From assembly GCA_026134085.1 (NCBI GenBank), contig JAOQIN010000016.1:1-35524 (forward strand): a stretch of 35,524 nucleotides of DNA. The letters run 5' to 3'. Numbering within the stretch: position 1 is the first letter of the stretch; each line of letters starts with the position of its first letter. The DNA is from Candidatus Methanoxibalbensis ujae (lineage in GTDB: Archaea; Halobacteriota; Syntropharchaeia; Alkanophagales; Methanospirareceae). Positions 1-8,933 of the stretch are shown here, one piece after another. Both the position numbers and the translations under genes were made by a program. The notes beneath the pieces are model-generated. The model saw only the letters and a list, made by a program, of their open reading frames with translations. It was not told where the DNA came from and did no database searches.

Positions 1-191
1 GCAGCTTTAAAGTAGTCCAACTGGCTTAGTGCAGGTTGCATATTATGTTATTTATTTTTTCTTATTTTGACACGACCGACATTCCACTGGCAAAAATTTA
101 AATATTTTTCCACTCCTCTCGCATGCTCCTTGAGGCGTTTGAGATGAAAAGAAAGAAAAGAAAATGAAAAAGAAGAAAGGAGAGAAATATG

Positions 192-671
192 CTATTTCAA
201 CTTACCTGCTATTTCCACAACTCTCCTTCCGAGAGCCTCGCATGCTTCAAGAGTCTTCGCATCGGGCTTTCCAACAGATACAACGCCGTAATGACCGCCA
301 ACATCAAGCGGATCGCCTGCAACAATCATGCCATGTATGAGCATTGCCTTGATGAGGGACAGGAGTGTTGTCTCGTTTCCGCCCGCGTAATGCGCTGATG
401 AGGAGAAGCAAGCGCCTATTTTGCCATCCAGATCTCCTCTTATCCTCACAGATTCGTCAATCAACGCCTTCATCCTGTCTGACATCGTTCCAAAATGGGT
501 TGGTGAGCCCAGGATTATGCCGTCAGCACGCTTCATATCCTCAAGCGACACATCATCAGCCCTCTTCAACACGACCTCAGCACCAGCCTTCCTCACACCT
601 TCCGCAACTGATTTCGCCATCTCCTCAGTGTTTCCTGTTCTTGAATCATAAACCACCAATATGCGCACCAT
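192..671 (-). CDS. Flavodoxin-fold NAD(P)H:quinone oxidoreductase, WrbA family
   Basis: 159 aa; FMN-binding loop YDSRTGNTEEMA, GSPTHFG, GKIGACFSS and GGNETT motifs typical of WrbA/flavodoxin. Confidence 0.88.
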   Translation of the reverse strand: MVRILVVYDSRTGNTEEMAKSVAEGVRKAGAEVVLKRADDVSLEDMKRADGIILGSPTHFGTMSDRMKALIDESVRIRGDLDGKIGACFSSSAHYAGGNETTLLSLIKAMLIHGMIVAGDPLDVGGHYGVVSVGKPDAKTLEACEALGRRVVEIAGKLK

Positions 672-746
672 TTCCTCCCTCTCCCTCTATCTCATATCTC
701 ATCTCATTTCATTTCATTTCATTTTATTCATCTTTATTCCTATGCC

Positions 747-796
747 AGAAAAAGCAGAACTTAGAAAAAGCAGAATGCCATAGGAAAAAGCAGAAG
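747..796. repeat. Three spaced copies of GAAAAAGCAGAA between ccmF and wrbA
   Basis: Copies visible at ~748, ~764 and ~785. Confidence 0.75.
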
Positions 797-804
797 AGGC
801 GGTA

Positions 805-2952
805 CTATGATTTGCTGTCTGATTTCTTGCTGTCTGATTTGGAGCTTGTTCTTGAGAGAACAACAATGATCATTCCCGCGCTCATCATAATCACACCCAC
901 CCATATGAGGGACACAAGCGGAACAACTTTCACATTGATGACGATATGGGATGGAGGAGATGCTTCGCCGAACATCATCGCATTCCTCAATGTATCATAC
1001 AGAGTATCAGTGTATTTCATCGACACATATATGTCTCTCGCAGGTTCAGATATGATAAGAGGTCTTGTGAGCAGTTCATAATTGGGGTAATATCGCATCC
1101 ATAGTGTGTCTTTATATGTGTGATAGGATGTGTTGATTGAGATTCCTGTGCGGAGCATTGTGTATTCAGGCAGTATGTGAGCTCTGTAAACAGTTCCAGT
1201 GCTCTTGAACAACTGACATTCATCACCGATCCTTATTTTCGCATTGAAAACATTCACCTCATCCCCAAGCGCCACTTTGATGTCTCCGCTGTCTTGCTCG
1301 GCTGATGAGCTCACAAATACACCGAGAAGTATTATGACTATGGCGAGATGGATGAGTATTGTCCCCAGTGCTCTCGCTTTCCCTATGATCCTCGTGAAAT
1401 TTGAAATGATGGCGAGCGCAGCAAAGCATAAAAAGGGAATGCCAAAATTCGCAAGTGTGTTGGGAAGCGGCATTTTGAGAAGTGCAAGTGCAGCGCCAAG
1501 TGCGGAGACAAATGCGGTCAAAAGCAGAAATCGCTTCACGCTCATTCGGAGATTGCAGCCTGCAAGCGCGATGACAAATGCGATGGTCGGCGGATAGCAC
1601 CATTTCGTGAAGAATTCCTGCTGCGTTTTCATCTCAACGCCCGTGAGCATGCTGCCTGCAATGGGCATAAGCTCACCTGCCACACACACAATCAGCGCAA
1701 GCAGCAGTGACCAGAACACAATAAAACGTGAAAGAGATTGCAACGAGCGCACATCAACATCAAACATGTAAATCGGCTTTCGCAGTATTATACGGAGAAC
1801 GAGAAACAAAATACCCATCACAGCGCCGAAAATCAGAATCACATACCCGAGTGGCGACCTCGCAAACGCATGCACAGACTCCAAAAGACCTCCCCTTGTC
1901 AGCGCAGATGCGAAAATCACCATGAAAAACGCGATAAATAACATGAACTCGCGGGCAATGTCATCCCTCTTCGCACTCAGATGAAAGTATGCCGTGAGTG
2001 CAAGCCAGGGCAGCAGAGATGCTGTCTCAACCGGATCCCATGCCCAGTATCCTCCCCATCCAAGCACCTCATACGACCACAAACCGCCCAGTGATATGCC
2101 GAGAGAGAGGAAAAGCCACGCCAAAAGCACTGTGAATTCTTCATACGGCCTCTCCTCACGCCGCTCTTTGTTCCTCAGGCTGCTCAGATCGCTCAGATTC
2201 CTCTCATTTCTTTCATTCCTCTCATCCCTCACATCATCAATTGCTCCTGCATAATTCGCTCCTGCAGCTCCTGCATAATTCGCATCTGCATCATCACAGC
2301 ATTCAGAGCTCAGCGACGCAGTTCCGCTGGGAGAAGCTGTGGCTGCAGAAGTTATCATCCTCGCAAGTGCAATTGAGAACGAAAACATTGTGAGCGAATA
2401 TCCTATGAAAAGCACCGGCGGATGTATCAGCACCCACACATTCTGCAGAAGAGGATTCAATCCCATTCCCTCAACAGGCGGCTGAATGCTCTCGGGCTGA
2501 ATGCTCTCAAAGGGGTTTTCAACAATCACTATGATAATGAGAAAGAGCAGAAAAACATCCGCAATCAAAAACAGCATGCTGGAGAACTGCGCTCGCTTCA
2601 CTGACGGCGATGAACTGGCGCTCAAACGCAAGAAAAGGTAAGAAAGTGCGAAAACTAGACACATAAACAGCAGTGAACTGCTCTCACCTATCCATGTGTT
2701 CGCAATTTTGAACATCAGCGGCAGTCCTGAGGAGCTGTATAAAAACACCTCTTTCAACGCGAAATCATCTGTCAAAAATGCAACCAATATCCTGAAATAT
2801 GCGCATAATAATAACGCAATTGAGAGAAAAAATGTGAGATGGAGAGGCCTGAATTTACCGTACCTGAATTTGCCATAATTGACAGCAATCAAAACAAAAT
2901 CTGTTACAACAGTTATGCATGCAAGTATGAGAAAGATATAACCTATATCCAT
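805..2952 (-). CDS. ccmF: Cytochrome c heme lyase CcmF (System I), full length
   Basis: 715 aa polytopic membrane protein; GLNPLLQN..IHPP, WGGYWAWDPVETASLLPW (WWD domain), TRGGLLESVHAF and C-terminal PLVSLIWVG. Confidence 0.93.
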   Translation of the reverse strand: MDIGYIFLILACITVVTDFVLIAVNYGKFRYGKFRPLHLTFFLSIALLLCAYFRILVAFLTDDFALKEVFLYSSSGLPLMFKIANTWIGESSSLLFMCLVFALSYLFLRLSASSSPSVKRAQFSSMLFLIADVFLLFLIIIVIVENPFESIQPESIQPPVEGMGLNPLLQNVWVLIHPPVLFIGYSLTMFSFSIALARMITSAATASPSGTASLSSECCDDADANYAGAAGANYAGAIDDVRDERNERNERNLSDLSSLRNKERREERPYEEFTVLLAWLFLSLGISLGGLWSYEVLGWGGYWAWDPVETASLLPWLALTAYFHLSAKRDDIAREFMLFIAFFMVIFASALTRGGLLESVHAFARSPLGYVILIFGAVMGILFLVLRIILRKPIYMFDVDVRSLQSLSRFIVFWSLLLALIVCVAGELMPIAGSMLTGVEMKTQQEFFTKWCYPPTIAFVIALAGCNLRMSVKRFLLLTAFVSALGAALALLKMPLPNTLANFGIPFLCFAALAIISNFTRIIGKARALGTILIHLAIVIILLGVFVSSSAEQDSGDIKVALGDEVNVFNAKIRIGDECQLFKSTGTVYRAHILPEYTMLRTGISINTSYHTYKDTLWMRYYPNYELLTRPLIISEPARDIYVSMKYTDTLYDTLRNAMMFGEASPPSHIVINVKVVPLVSLIWVGVIMMSAGMIIVVLSRTSSKSDSKKSDSKS

Positions 2953-3041
2953 TTTGATCTTCCCTCTCCATCACGATTTATCCTTATGATACCCTCCTAT
3001 ACCTCCTATAATACCCTCCTCATAATGCATAAAATAAAACC

Positions 3042-3491
3042 TCACGATTGAATCTCACTCCATTTGTTCATTATCCTTACTATGTCTGAGATTCGTTCAC
3101 CTTTAGCATCGACAACCCACACAAGAACCATTATTATGTCTTCATCTTCGGGTTCGGACCTGAAAGGAGCAGTAAGTTCATAATCACCTGCGCCTTTATA
3201 CGGAGATGTGACCCATTGTGGTGGTCCATCCCTGCCCATGTTCACAGCTACATATGCCTGAACTGCGGGGAATTCTTCAGAATTTGTTCTTGGAACGTTC
3301 ATCACATTCATTCTTTCACGCTTCAACGCGTTTACATGCACACTCACATTTTTATCATTTGTATCCGTTGTGACAGATACTCTTATCTTTAAGACGGGAA
3401 CTTCCTGCATTTTCATGAAGGATACTGAGAGCCCGATGACAACAAGCAATATCGCAACAATTGCGATCACCCTCACCAACAAAGGCATCAT
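3042..3491 (-). CDS. Hypothetical membrane-anchored protein in the cytochrome-ccmF cluster
   Basis: 149 aa; N-terminal hydrophobic helix, GGAAGGTGA RBS upstream, 20 nt after the cytochrome stop. Confidence 0.7.
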   Translation of the reverse strand: MMPLLVRVIAIVAILLVVIGLSVSFMKMQEVPVLKIRVSVTTDTNDKNVSVHVNALKRERMNVMNVPRTNSEEFPAVQAYVAVNMGRDGPPQWVTSPYKGAGDYELTAPFRSEPEDEDIIMVLVWVVDAKGERISDIVRIMNKWSEIQS

Positions 3492-3511
3492 TATGCATCA
3501 CCTTCCTCCTC

Positions 3512-4249
3512 TTAAATAGGAAGTCTTATAAAACCTGACAATCCACTCATAATATTTTTAAACATCTGAGATATTGTCGGAAAAGGAGGGGCTTTCTGTT
3601 CGCTTTCATTACGGCCGCCTATCTCAGGAGGAATGATGCCTTCCCTCTTGTATTTCTCACCGAAAGCACCGTGGCAGACGACGCAGAGATCAGTTGTTTT
3701 GTTTCCGTGCACCATGTGAGGGTCTCTGCCGTGGCATGCGTCACATTCTGAGACTTCAGGCACAAATGGCTCGCTGCTTCCTTCCTTCAGGTGGCAGGAT
3801 TCGCATCTCACATCCTGATGTGCCCTGTGGAATTTGTCGGATGATATGTTCGTATGATCCATGAGACCGGTGCCGATGTGGCAGTCAATGCACACTTTTA
3901 TGCCGTGTGCACTCTCCCTTATCTTCTGCATATCTATGCCGCCTGATGTTGAGTATTTCTTATTATGACAGTTGCATGTGCCAAGTTTCGCACGCAGTTC
4001 TTCTGTTGAGAGAAGAGATACATGACATTGCACGCATTCAGGCGCCGGATGCCAGCTGCCTGTGAGGAAATTCACATTGTTCGGTGGTAGAACCTCCTTC
4101 TCAAAATTCCCCTCAGCATTTGCAACACCCATGACAGCATAATCCAAATTGTGCCACCATCCAAACATCGCACCAATGCATAGCATGCCTGTAATCAGCA
4201 CTGCTGTCGCCATAAAAACATATCCGGCGGCGAGCCTCTCCTTCCGCAT
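3512..4249 (-). CDS. Membrane-anchored multiheme cytochrome c (5 CXXCH + 1 CXCH)
   Basis: N-terminal TM/signal; CVQCH, CIDCH, CESCH, CDACH, CVVCH and non-canonical CNCH; additional His residues as possible distal ligands. Confidence 0.9.
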   Translation of the reverse strand: MRKERLAAGYVFMATAVLITGMLCIGAMFGWWHNLDYAVMGVANAEGNFEKEVLPPNNVNFLTGSWHPAPECVQCHVSLLSTEELRAKLGTCNCHNKKYSTSGGIDMQKIRESAHGIKVCIDCHIGTGLMDHTNISSDKFHRAHQDVRCESCHLKEGSSEPFVPEVSECDACHGRDPHMVHGNKTTDLCVVCHGAFGEKYKREGIIPPEIGGRNESEQKAPPFPTISQMFKNIMSGLSGFIRLPI

Positions 4250-4287
4250 TCAAATATAATGCGCTCGCTTATTAGAAATTTCTTTCT

Positions 4288-4526
4288 CTTTACAGCCCGT
4301 CTTTACAGCCCGTCTTTACAGCCAAACGCCTGTCTCCACAGCCAAACGCCTGCAATCTCCCAAAACATCATGAAGCAGCCTTTGGCTCAAACAAACCGGG
4401 AGATCATCGGCTTTCCTCCTTCAGGCATTTCTTCAGGCATTTCTATGTGGCGCCTCCTTCAGGCATTTCTACGTGGCGTTCATACTGAGGTAGTGGTGCT
4501 GAGAAAGTGTTGAGCTGAGAAAGTGT
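4288..4526. repeat. Cluster of short tandem/direct repeats between rpl4 and the cytochrome
   Basis: CTTTACAGCCCGT x2 plus partial (4288-4323), ACAGCCAAACGCCTG x2, CTTCAGGCATTT x3 (4419, 4431, 4457), GCTGAGAAAGTGT x2. Confidence 0.85.
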
Positions 4527-4557
4527 CGGCGTCAATTGAAAGTGGAGACACACAACA

Positions 4558-5421
4558 TCACGCTTCGCTTTGTGCATTTCCCATATAAAGTGCGTCGGAT
4601 GCAAATGGCAGGGATGGGATTTTTGATATTGCACTCTCTGTCCAGATTGTGAGTCTGCCGGGATGCGTTCCAGGTGCCAGCAACTCAACATTAAGCGCAT
4701 CAACGCGACAGACATCCACGCCTGGCAGGTTTCTCGCACTCCTCTCCAGCGGCAGCACACCACTGCGCTCAGATGATGTCATATCAGCGGCTGCCGATGA
4801 ATCAGATGAGCGCTCATCACCCGATATCACGAACAAAATGCTCTTCTTCCTCCTGTATCTGCGCCCCCTCATCTTGCCACGACCTGCACGAACCTTCTTC
4901 CGCTTCGCACGCATGACATCCTCCCAGACACCTATTTTCCGCAGAAATTCAGCGACATCAGAGGTTTTCTCAAGCCATGCCACCGCATCTTCGACGACAA
5001 TAGGCAGCGAGACATCTTCGCTGAACCTATGACCTCGTGCCCTCACCACTTCAGGCATTGCTGTAGCCGCTATCGCGGATCTCAGCGCCTTACGACGCTC
5101 TTTCTTGTTTATCTTCCTGATGAGCACCTTCTCAACCTTGGGAGGATGTGCTTTCCGTCCGCCCACAGCCTGAGGCACCCTTGCTGCTCTTCTGCCTGTT
5201 TTTATGCGGGGCACGCGTGATACGCCACGGCCGGGTCCCCAGCTCTCAGCGGATGTGTCCTTTCCGGCGAGAACATATGTGCCCTTGGGCTGATATCTGC
5301 GTGATTGCAGCGCGATCACAGCTTTCTTTATCAAATCAGACCGCAGCTCCTCTGCAAACACCGCAGGCAGCTCTATCTCCCGTATTTCTTCCCCTGAGAC
5401 ATCAAGCACCTTCGCACGCAT
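4558..5421 (-). CDS. rpl4: 50S ribosomal protein uL4 (archaeal L4P)
   Basis: TSAESWGPGRGVSRVPR, GGRKAHPPK, RAGRGKMRGRRY, LLAPGTHPGRLTIWT; start is ATG 5421 or 5424. Confidence 0.97.
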   Translation of the reverse strand: MRAKVLDVSGEEIREIELPAVFAEELRSDLIKKAVIALQSRRYQPKGTYVLAGKDTSAESWGPGRGVSRVPRIKTGRRAARVPQAVGGRKAHPPKVEKVLIRKINKKERRKALRSAIAATAMPEVVRARGHRFSEDVSLPIVVEDAVAWLEKTSDVAEFLRKIGVWEDVMRAKRKKVRAGRGKMRGRRYRRKKSILFVISGDERSSDSSAAADMTSSERSGVLPLERSARNLPGVDVCRVDALNVELLAPGTHPGRLTIWTESAISKIPSLPFASDALYMGNAQSEA

Positions 5422-5474
5422 CATCCACTCACCATCATTATCATTGTCATCATGTCATGCTCACGCACTCATCC

Positions 5475-6440
5475 CTACGCCTTTCTGCAACCCTGCTGAG
5501 ACGCCGTACATATGAATGTGATTTCCGGAGATCCGAACTCAGGATGAGGTCTTATTGAGAGGTTCATGCGTATTAGCCGCTTTTTCGGTCCCGGAACGCT
5601 TCCTTTAAGCAGCAAATATTCGTTTCTGACGATGCCATATTTCACGAAGCCGCCTTCTGGCGTTATCTCACTGCCATCCTCACCGATTTTGAGGATGAGC
5701 TTGTTGTATTCCGTCCGCTGATGATATCCCGTCTGACCTGCCTGCGGGACAAACCAGCGCACGCGAGCTGGTCTCCAGGGACCGAGCGTGCCGACATGAC
5801 GACCTCTGCCAGCGCGCTGCGCCTTCGCATTCTGAATTTTAACGCCCCAGCGCTTCACAGGTCCCTGAAAGCCCTTTCCCCTCGTCACCGCTGTGACATC
5901 AACGAAATCTCCTGCTTCAAACACATCTTTCACGCTTATCTCGCCGTTGAACCGCTCCTTCACATAATCATAATCACGATTCACATCACCGCTCATCATG
6001 AGCTCCATCACATCGCTCTTCTTCTTAGGCACGCCGCTTATCAGTGCTGGTTGAGTCGCCGCAATCACACGCAGCTCAAGCTCGTCTCCATCATATTTCG
6101 CGATCGCATCCTCTATCCTGCTCAACTGCTGCTCCTTCCACGCCTCCGTCAGCGCCTTTAAGCCGTATGGAGTCACACGATATATACGAACGCCTTCAAC
6201 ACGCATTGGAGGCGCTTCTATGACAGTGACAGGCGTGAAAACATCCTGACCGTATGTGGGACTGCCCTTTATGCTGTCTCTCACAAGTACATGCGTCATT
6301 CCAGCCTTGTATCCAGCAAATCCCTGCAGAAGCTTACCCTCCACCCTCGTCTCACGTCTTATCCTGCACACTTCCTTCTTCGCCCGCTTCCTCGGCGAGA
6401 ACGCGAGTGAGCCTCTTCGCGGTCTGTGATACTTCGCCAT
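5475..6440 (-). CDS. rpl3: 50S ribosomal protein uL3 (archaeal L3P)
   Basis: HRPRRGSLAFSPRKRA, FAGYKAGMTH, GKGFQGPVKRWG, GQTGYHQRTEYNK, KGSVPGPKKR. Confidence 0.98.
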   Translation of the reverse strand: MAKYHRPRRGSLAFSPRKRAKKEVCRIRRETRVEGKLLQGFAGYKAGMTHVLVRDSIKGSPTYGQDVFTPVTVIEAPPMRVEGVRIYRVTPYGLKALTEAWKEQQLSRIEDAIAKYDGDELELRVIAATQPALISGVPKKKSDVMELMMSGDVNRDYDYVKERFNGEISVKDVFEAGDFVDVTAVTRGKGFQGPVKRWGVKIQNAKAQRAGRGRHVGTLGPWRPARVRWFVPQAGQTGYHQRTEYNKLILKIGEDGSEITPEGGFVKYGIVRNEYLLLKGSVPGPKKRLIRMNLSIRPHPEFGSPEITFICTASQQGCRKA

Positions 6441-6582
6441 TTACTCCAATACGCCTCCCATTATAATATATTCTCCGCCTCTCCGCCTCATTGGTCACTC
6501 CACTCCTCACAGTCGTCGATGTTCCTCACAGTCGTCATCAGGAGACCCGCGACTGCCGTAGATGGAAACCATGCGTTCATGA

Positions 6583-7155
6583 CTATGCGCTCATGCGGTC
6601 GAGCAGATAATGAATTATTGTGATGCATTGAGAAGCGAAATAAGGTATTCTGCCCAGGGATATGCGTTCATGTGGAAATCTTGTGACATATCTTTCCTCC
6701 TTTTCAGGCAGTCCTATATGATCGCCTATGATGAATACTGCATTTTGCCTGAGCGATATTTTCTGTATATCATCACCTTTCTCATGAAGTATGTAGAAAA
6801 AGGCGCCTTCGGCAGCGAGCTCATCAATCAATGTCTGAAATCCTATTCTTCTTATTGTTATTCCAGGATTTTTCTTTGAGGATAGCACTTTTTTTATCCA
6901 GATTGCGATGCTGCGCTCGTCAGGAGAGACCTTTCGCAGGCGGTCTCCGTGGAAAGATATCACAACAGGCGGTTTTGGCGGTCCGTATGCGACGATGTGA
7001 ATGCATGTGTCACGCCGCAAGCCGTGACTTATCCACAACGCACTGCTTATACAGCGAGCCACAACATCCATGCGACCTCCTCTGCCCGGCAGGTCCTCAA
7101 GTGGGAAGTCGGGACCTGTTGATGCCTTCCTCGCATATAACACGAATTGCCTCAT
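6583..7155 (-). CDS. trmY: tRNA (pseudouridine54-N1)-methyltransferase, SPOUT family
   Basis: MRQFV..DF.LEDLPG.GGRMDVVARC, PDERS, FIIGDHIG and ISLG motifs; true start ATG at 7155 (the ORF-track extension is low complexity). Confidence 0.92.
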   Translation of the reverse strand: MRQFVLYARKASTGPDFPLEDLPGRGGRMDVVARCISSALWISHGLRRDTCIHIVAYGPPKPPVVISFHGDRLRKVSPDERSIAIWIKKVLSSKKNPGITIRRIGFQTLIDELAAEGAFFYILHEKGDDIQKISLRQNAVFIIGDHIGLPEKEERYVTRFPHERISLGRIPYFASQCITIIHYLLDRMSA

Positions 7156-7291
7156 CTTCTTTCTGTGTTCGGATGAAAAACAGACAGAAAAACAGACACA
7201 AAAAAAGACCGATGCTGCTAAGCGTGATGCAGTCACGCACACGAGGACAGAACATGAGGACAGAATGGACATGACAGAATGGAGAATAGCT

Positions 7292-8860
7292 TCAGTCGCC
7301 AGTGATGGGTGAGGATGGAGCATGTCTGAGCCAGTCTATATCCGGCTGATACAGCTGTCGTATATCGTGCAATTTCAGCTTCAACATCGCGAGCCTGCCG
7401 ATGCCAAGTCCCCATGCGAGCACTCTGTGTGAGATTCCGAGAGGGTGCGTGACCTCCTCTCTGAATATCCCGGCACCTCCGAGCTCTATCCATCCGTGCT
7501 TTTCTGTCATGACCTCAACCTCCACCGAGGGTTCTGTATATGGGAAGTATCCCGGTCTGAATCTCACCTGTGGAAAGCCCATCTTGCGGTAGAATGTCTG
7601 CAGAATGCCGAGAAGGTGGCGGAAACTCACATTTTCATCCATGACAATGCCTTCAAGCTGATCAAACTCGGGAAGGTGAGTCGGGTCCACTGTCTCCCTG
7701 CGATACACACGACCTATGCAGAAGACCCTCACAGGTGGCTCTTTATGAGATGCGAGATACCTGAGAGTCACAGCTGTTGTGTGCGTTCTCAAAAGAAGCT
7801 CCTCCGCGATTTCTTCTCTCCATCTGCCCCCCCATCCCGAAGAGCGAAGAGAGCCACCATGCTCATGCACCTCTTTCACACGCCTCACAAGCTCAGCAGG
7901 AGCATCCAGAGGCTTCCTGACACCGAGATAGAAGGTGTCCTGCATCTCCCTCGCGGGATGGTCCTGAGGCACGAAAAGAGCATCAAAATTCCAAAATGAA
8001 TGCTGAATTATCGCTCCTTTTATCTCCTTAAATCCCATCTCAGCGAAAATCCTGCGCATCTCATCAACCAACCGCTGATAAGGATGTATTTTTGCGGGAT
8101 ATATTTTCTCGGATGGGATGCTGACATCATATTCCTTAAACTTCACTTCTTTCCAGGAGCCCGTTCTTATCATCTCAGGCGTCATCTGCGCCACTTCGTG
8201 CTCCATCACCACATCCAATCCGAATCCGATTGCCGCCTTCTCATCTTTGAATTCAGGTTTGAATCCAGGTGCGAGTGAGAAGAATCGCTCTTTGCGCACT
8301 TTTTCCTCAACAAGCTTCCTGGCTTTCAGTGTTTTCAGCAGTTCTTTCCGACAGGGCAGCGCCTCCTCCTCAACAAAGCCCCCTCTCTCAAGCAGCAGCC
8401 TCAATATCCTTTCCTCAGTTTCCACTTCACTCATAGAATCCTCAGAAACGCCTGCGAAGACGAAAACGCTTTTTCCACATTCCTTTTTCGTTCTTGCCCA
8501 TCCTCTTTTGAGCAACCAGTTCACCGCTATGAGAGCCTCTCTCTCGCTGCCCATATGATCGCGCAGATGTTCAAATGAGCATGTCCCTTCCCTCATCAGA
8601 ACCTCAATTGCTCTTCGCTCTGGCAGCCCTCTCTCTGCGTATTCCCTGCCCTCCTCTGTCAGCCTGTAGAATCTGCTCTCACGCTCCTTCACAGCGACGA
8701 TGCCCTTCTCAGCGAGCATAAACGCCGCCTGCGATACAGCATCCTCCTTCAATCCGGTCCGCCTTGCTATCTCATCCGTGGTCAACGCCTCATCTGCCGC
8801 AGCGAACACATTCAAAACAATCCTCTCCCGTGCACTCAATTCGCTTTCACGCACGCTCAT
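7292..8860 (-). CDS. pheS: Phenylalanine--tRNA ligase alpha subunit (archaeal type)
   Basis: FWNFDALFVPQDHPAREMQDTFY, LLRTHTT, THLPEFDQLEG, YFPYTEPS, WIELGGAGIFR; N-terminal wHTH domains. Confidence 0.97.
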   Translation of the reverse strand: MSVRESELSARERIVLNVFAAADEALTTDEIARRTGLKEDAVSQAAFMLAEKGIVAVKERESRFYRLTEEGREYAERGLPERRAIEVLMREGTCSFEHLRDHMGSEREALIAVNWLLKRGWARTKKECGKSVFVFAGVSEDSMSEVETEERILRLLLERGGFVEEEALPCRKELLKTLKARKLVEEKVRKERFFSLAPGFKPEFKDEKAAIGFGLDVVMEHEVAQMTPEMIRTGSWKEVKFKEYDVSIPSEKIYPAKIHPYQRLVDEMRRIFAEMGFKEIKGAIIQHSFWNFDALFVPQDHPAREMQDTFYLGVRKPLDAPAELVRRVKEVHEHGGSLRSSGWGGRWREEIAEELLLRTHTTAVTLRYLASHKEPPVRVFCIGRVYRRETVDPTHLPEFDQLEGIVMDENVSFRHLLGILQTFYRKMGFPQVRFRPGYFPYTEPSVEVEVMTEKHGWIELGGAGIFREEVTHPLGISHRVLAWGLGIGRLAMLKLKLHDIRQLYQPDIDWLRHAPSSPITGD

Positions 8861-8933
8861 CTCTCCTCACATTCGCCGTTCTCTCTCCACCCACATATCC
8901 TAACTCTGCCACATATTCTGCCACTGCCACGAA

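Noticed and set aside
365..1081. Long antisense ORFs (also 13293-13910, 16506-17243, 25945-26634, 29961-30485)
   Set aside because: Shadows of well-supported genes on the opposite strand, with no recognisable motifs.
2569..2580. 12-nt match (AAACAGCATGCT) between the putative omega-RNA guide and ccmF
   Set aside because: Short, mismatched at guide position 1 and compatible with chance; the guide is simply flanking DNA.
4288..4526. Spaced repeats as a possible CRISPR array
   Set aside because: Units are 12-22 nt, of several different sequences, tandem or irregularly spaced; no cas genes in the window.
7156..7323. N-terminal extension of trmY; likewise metG 16053-16124
   Set aside because: Low-complexity intergenic sequence; family similarity starts at the downstream ATG.
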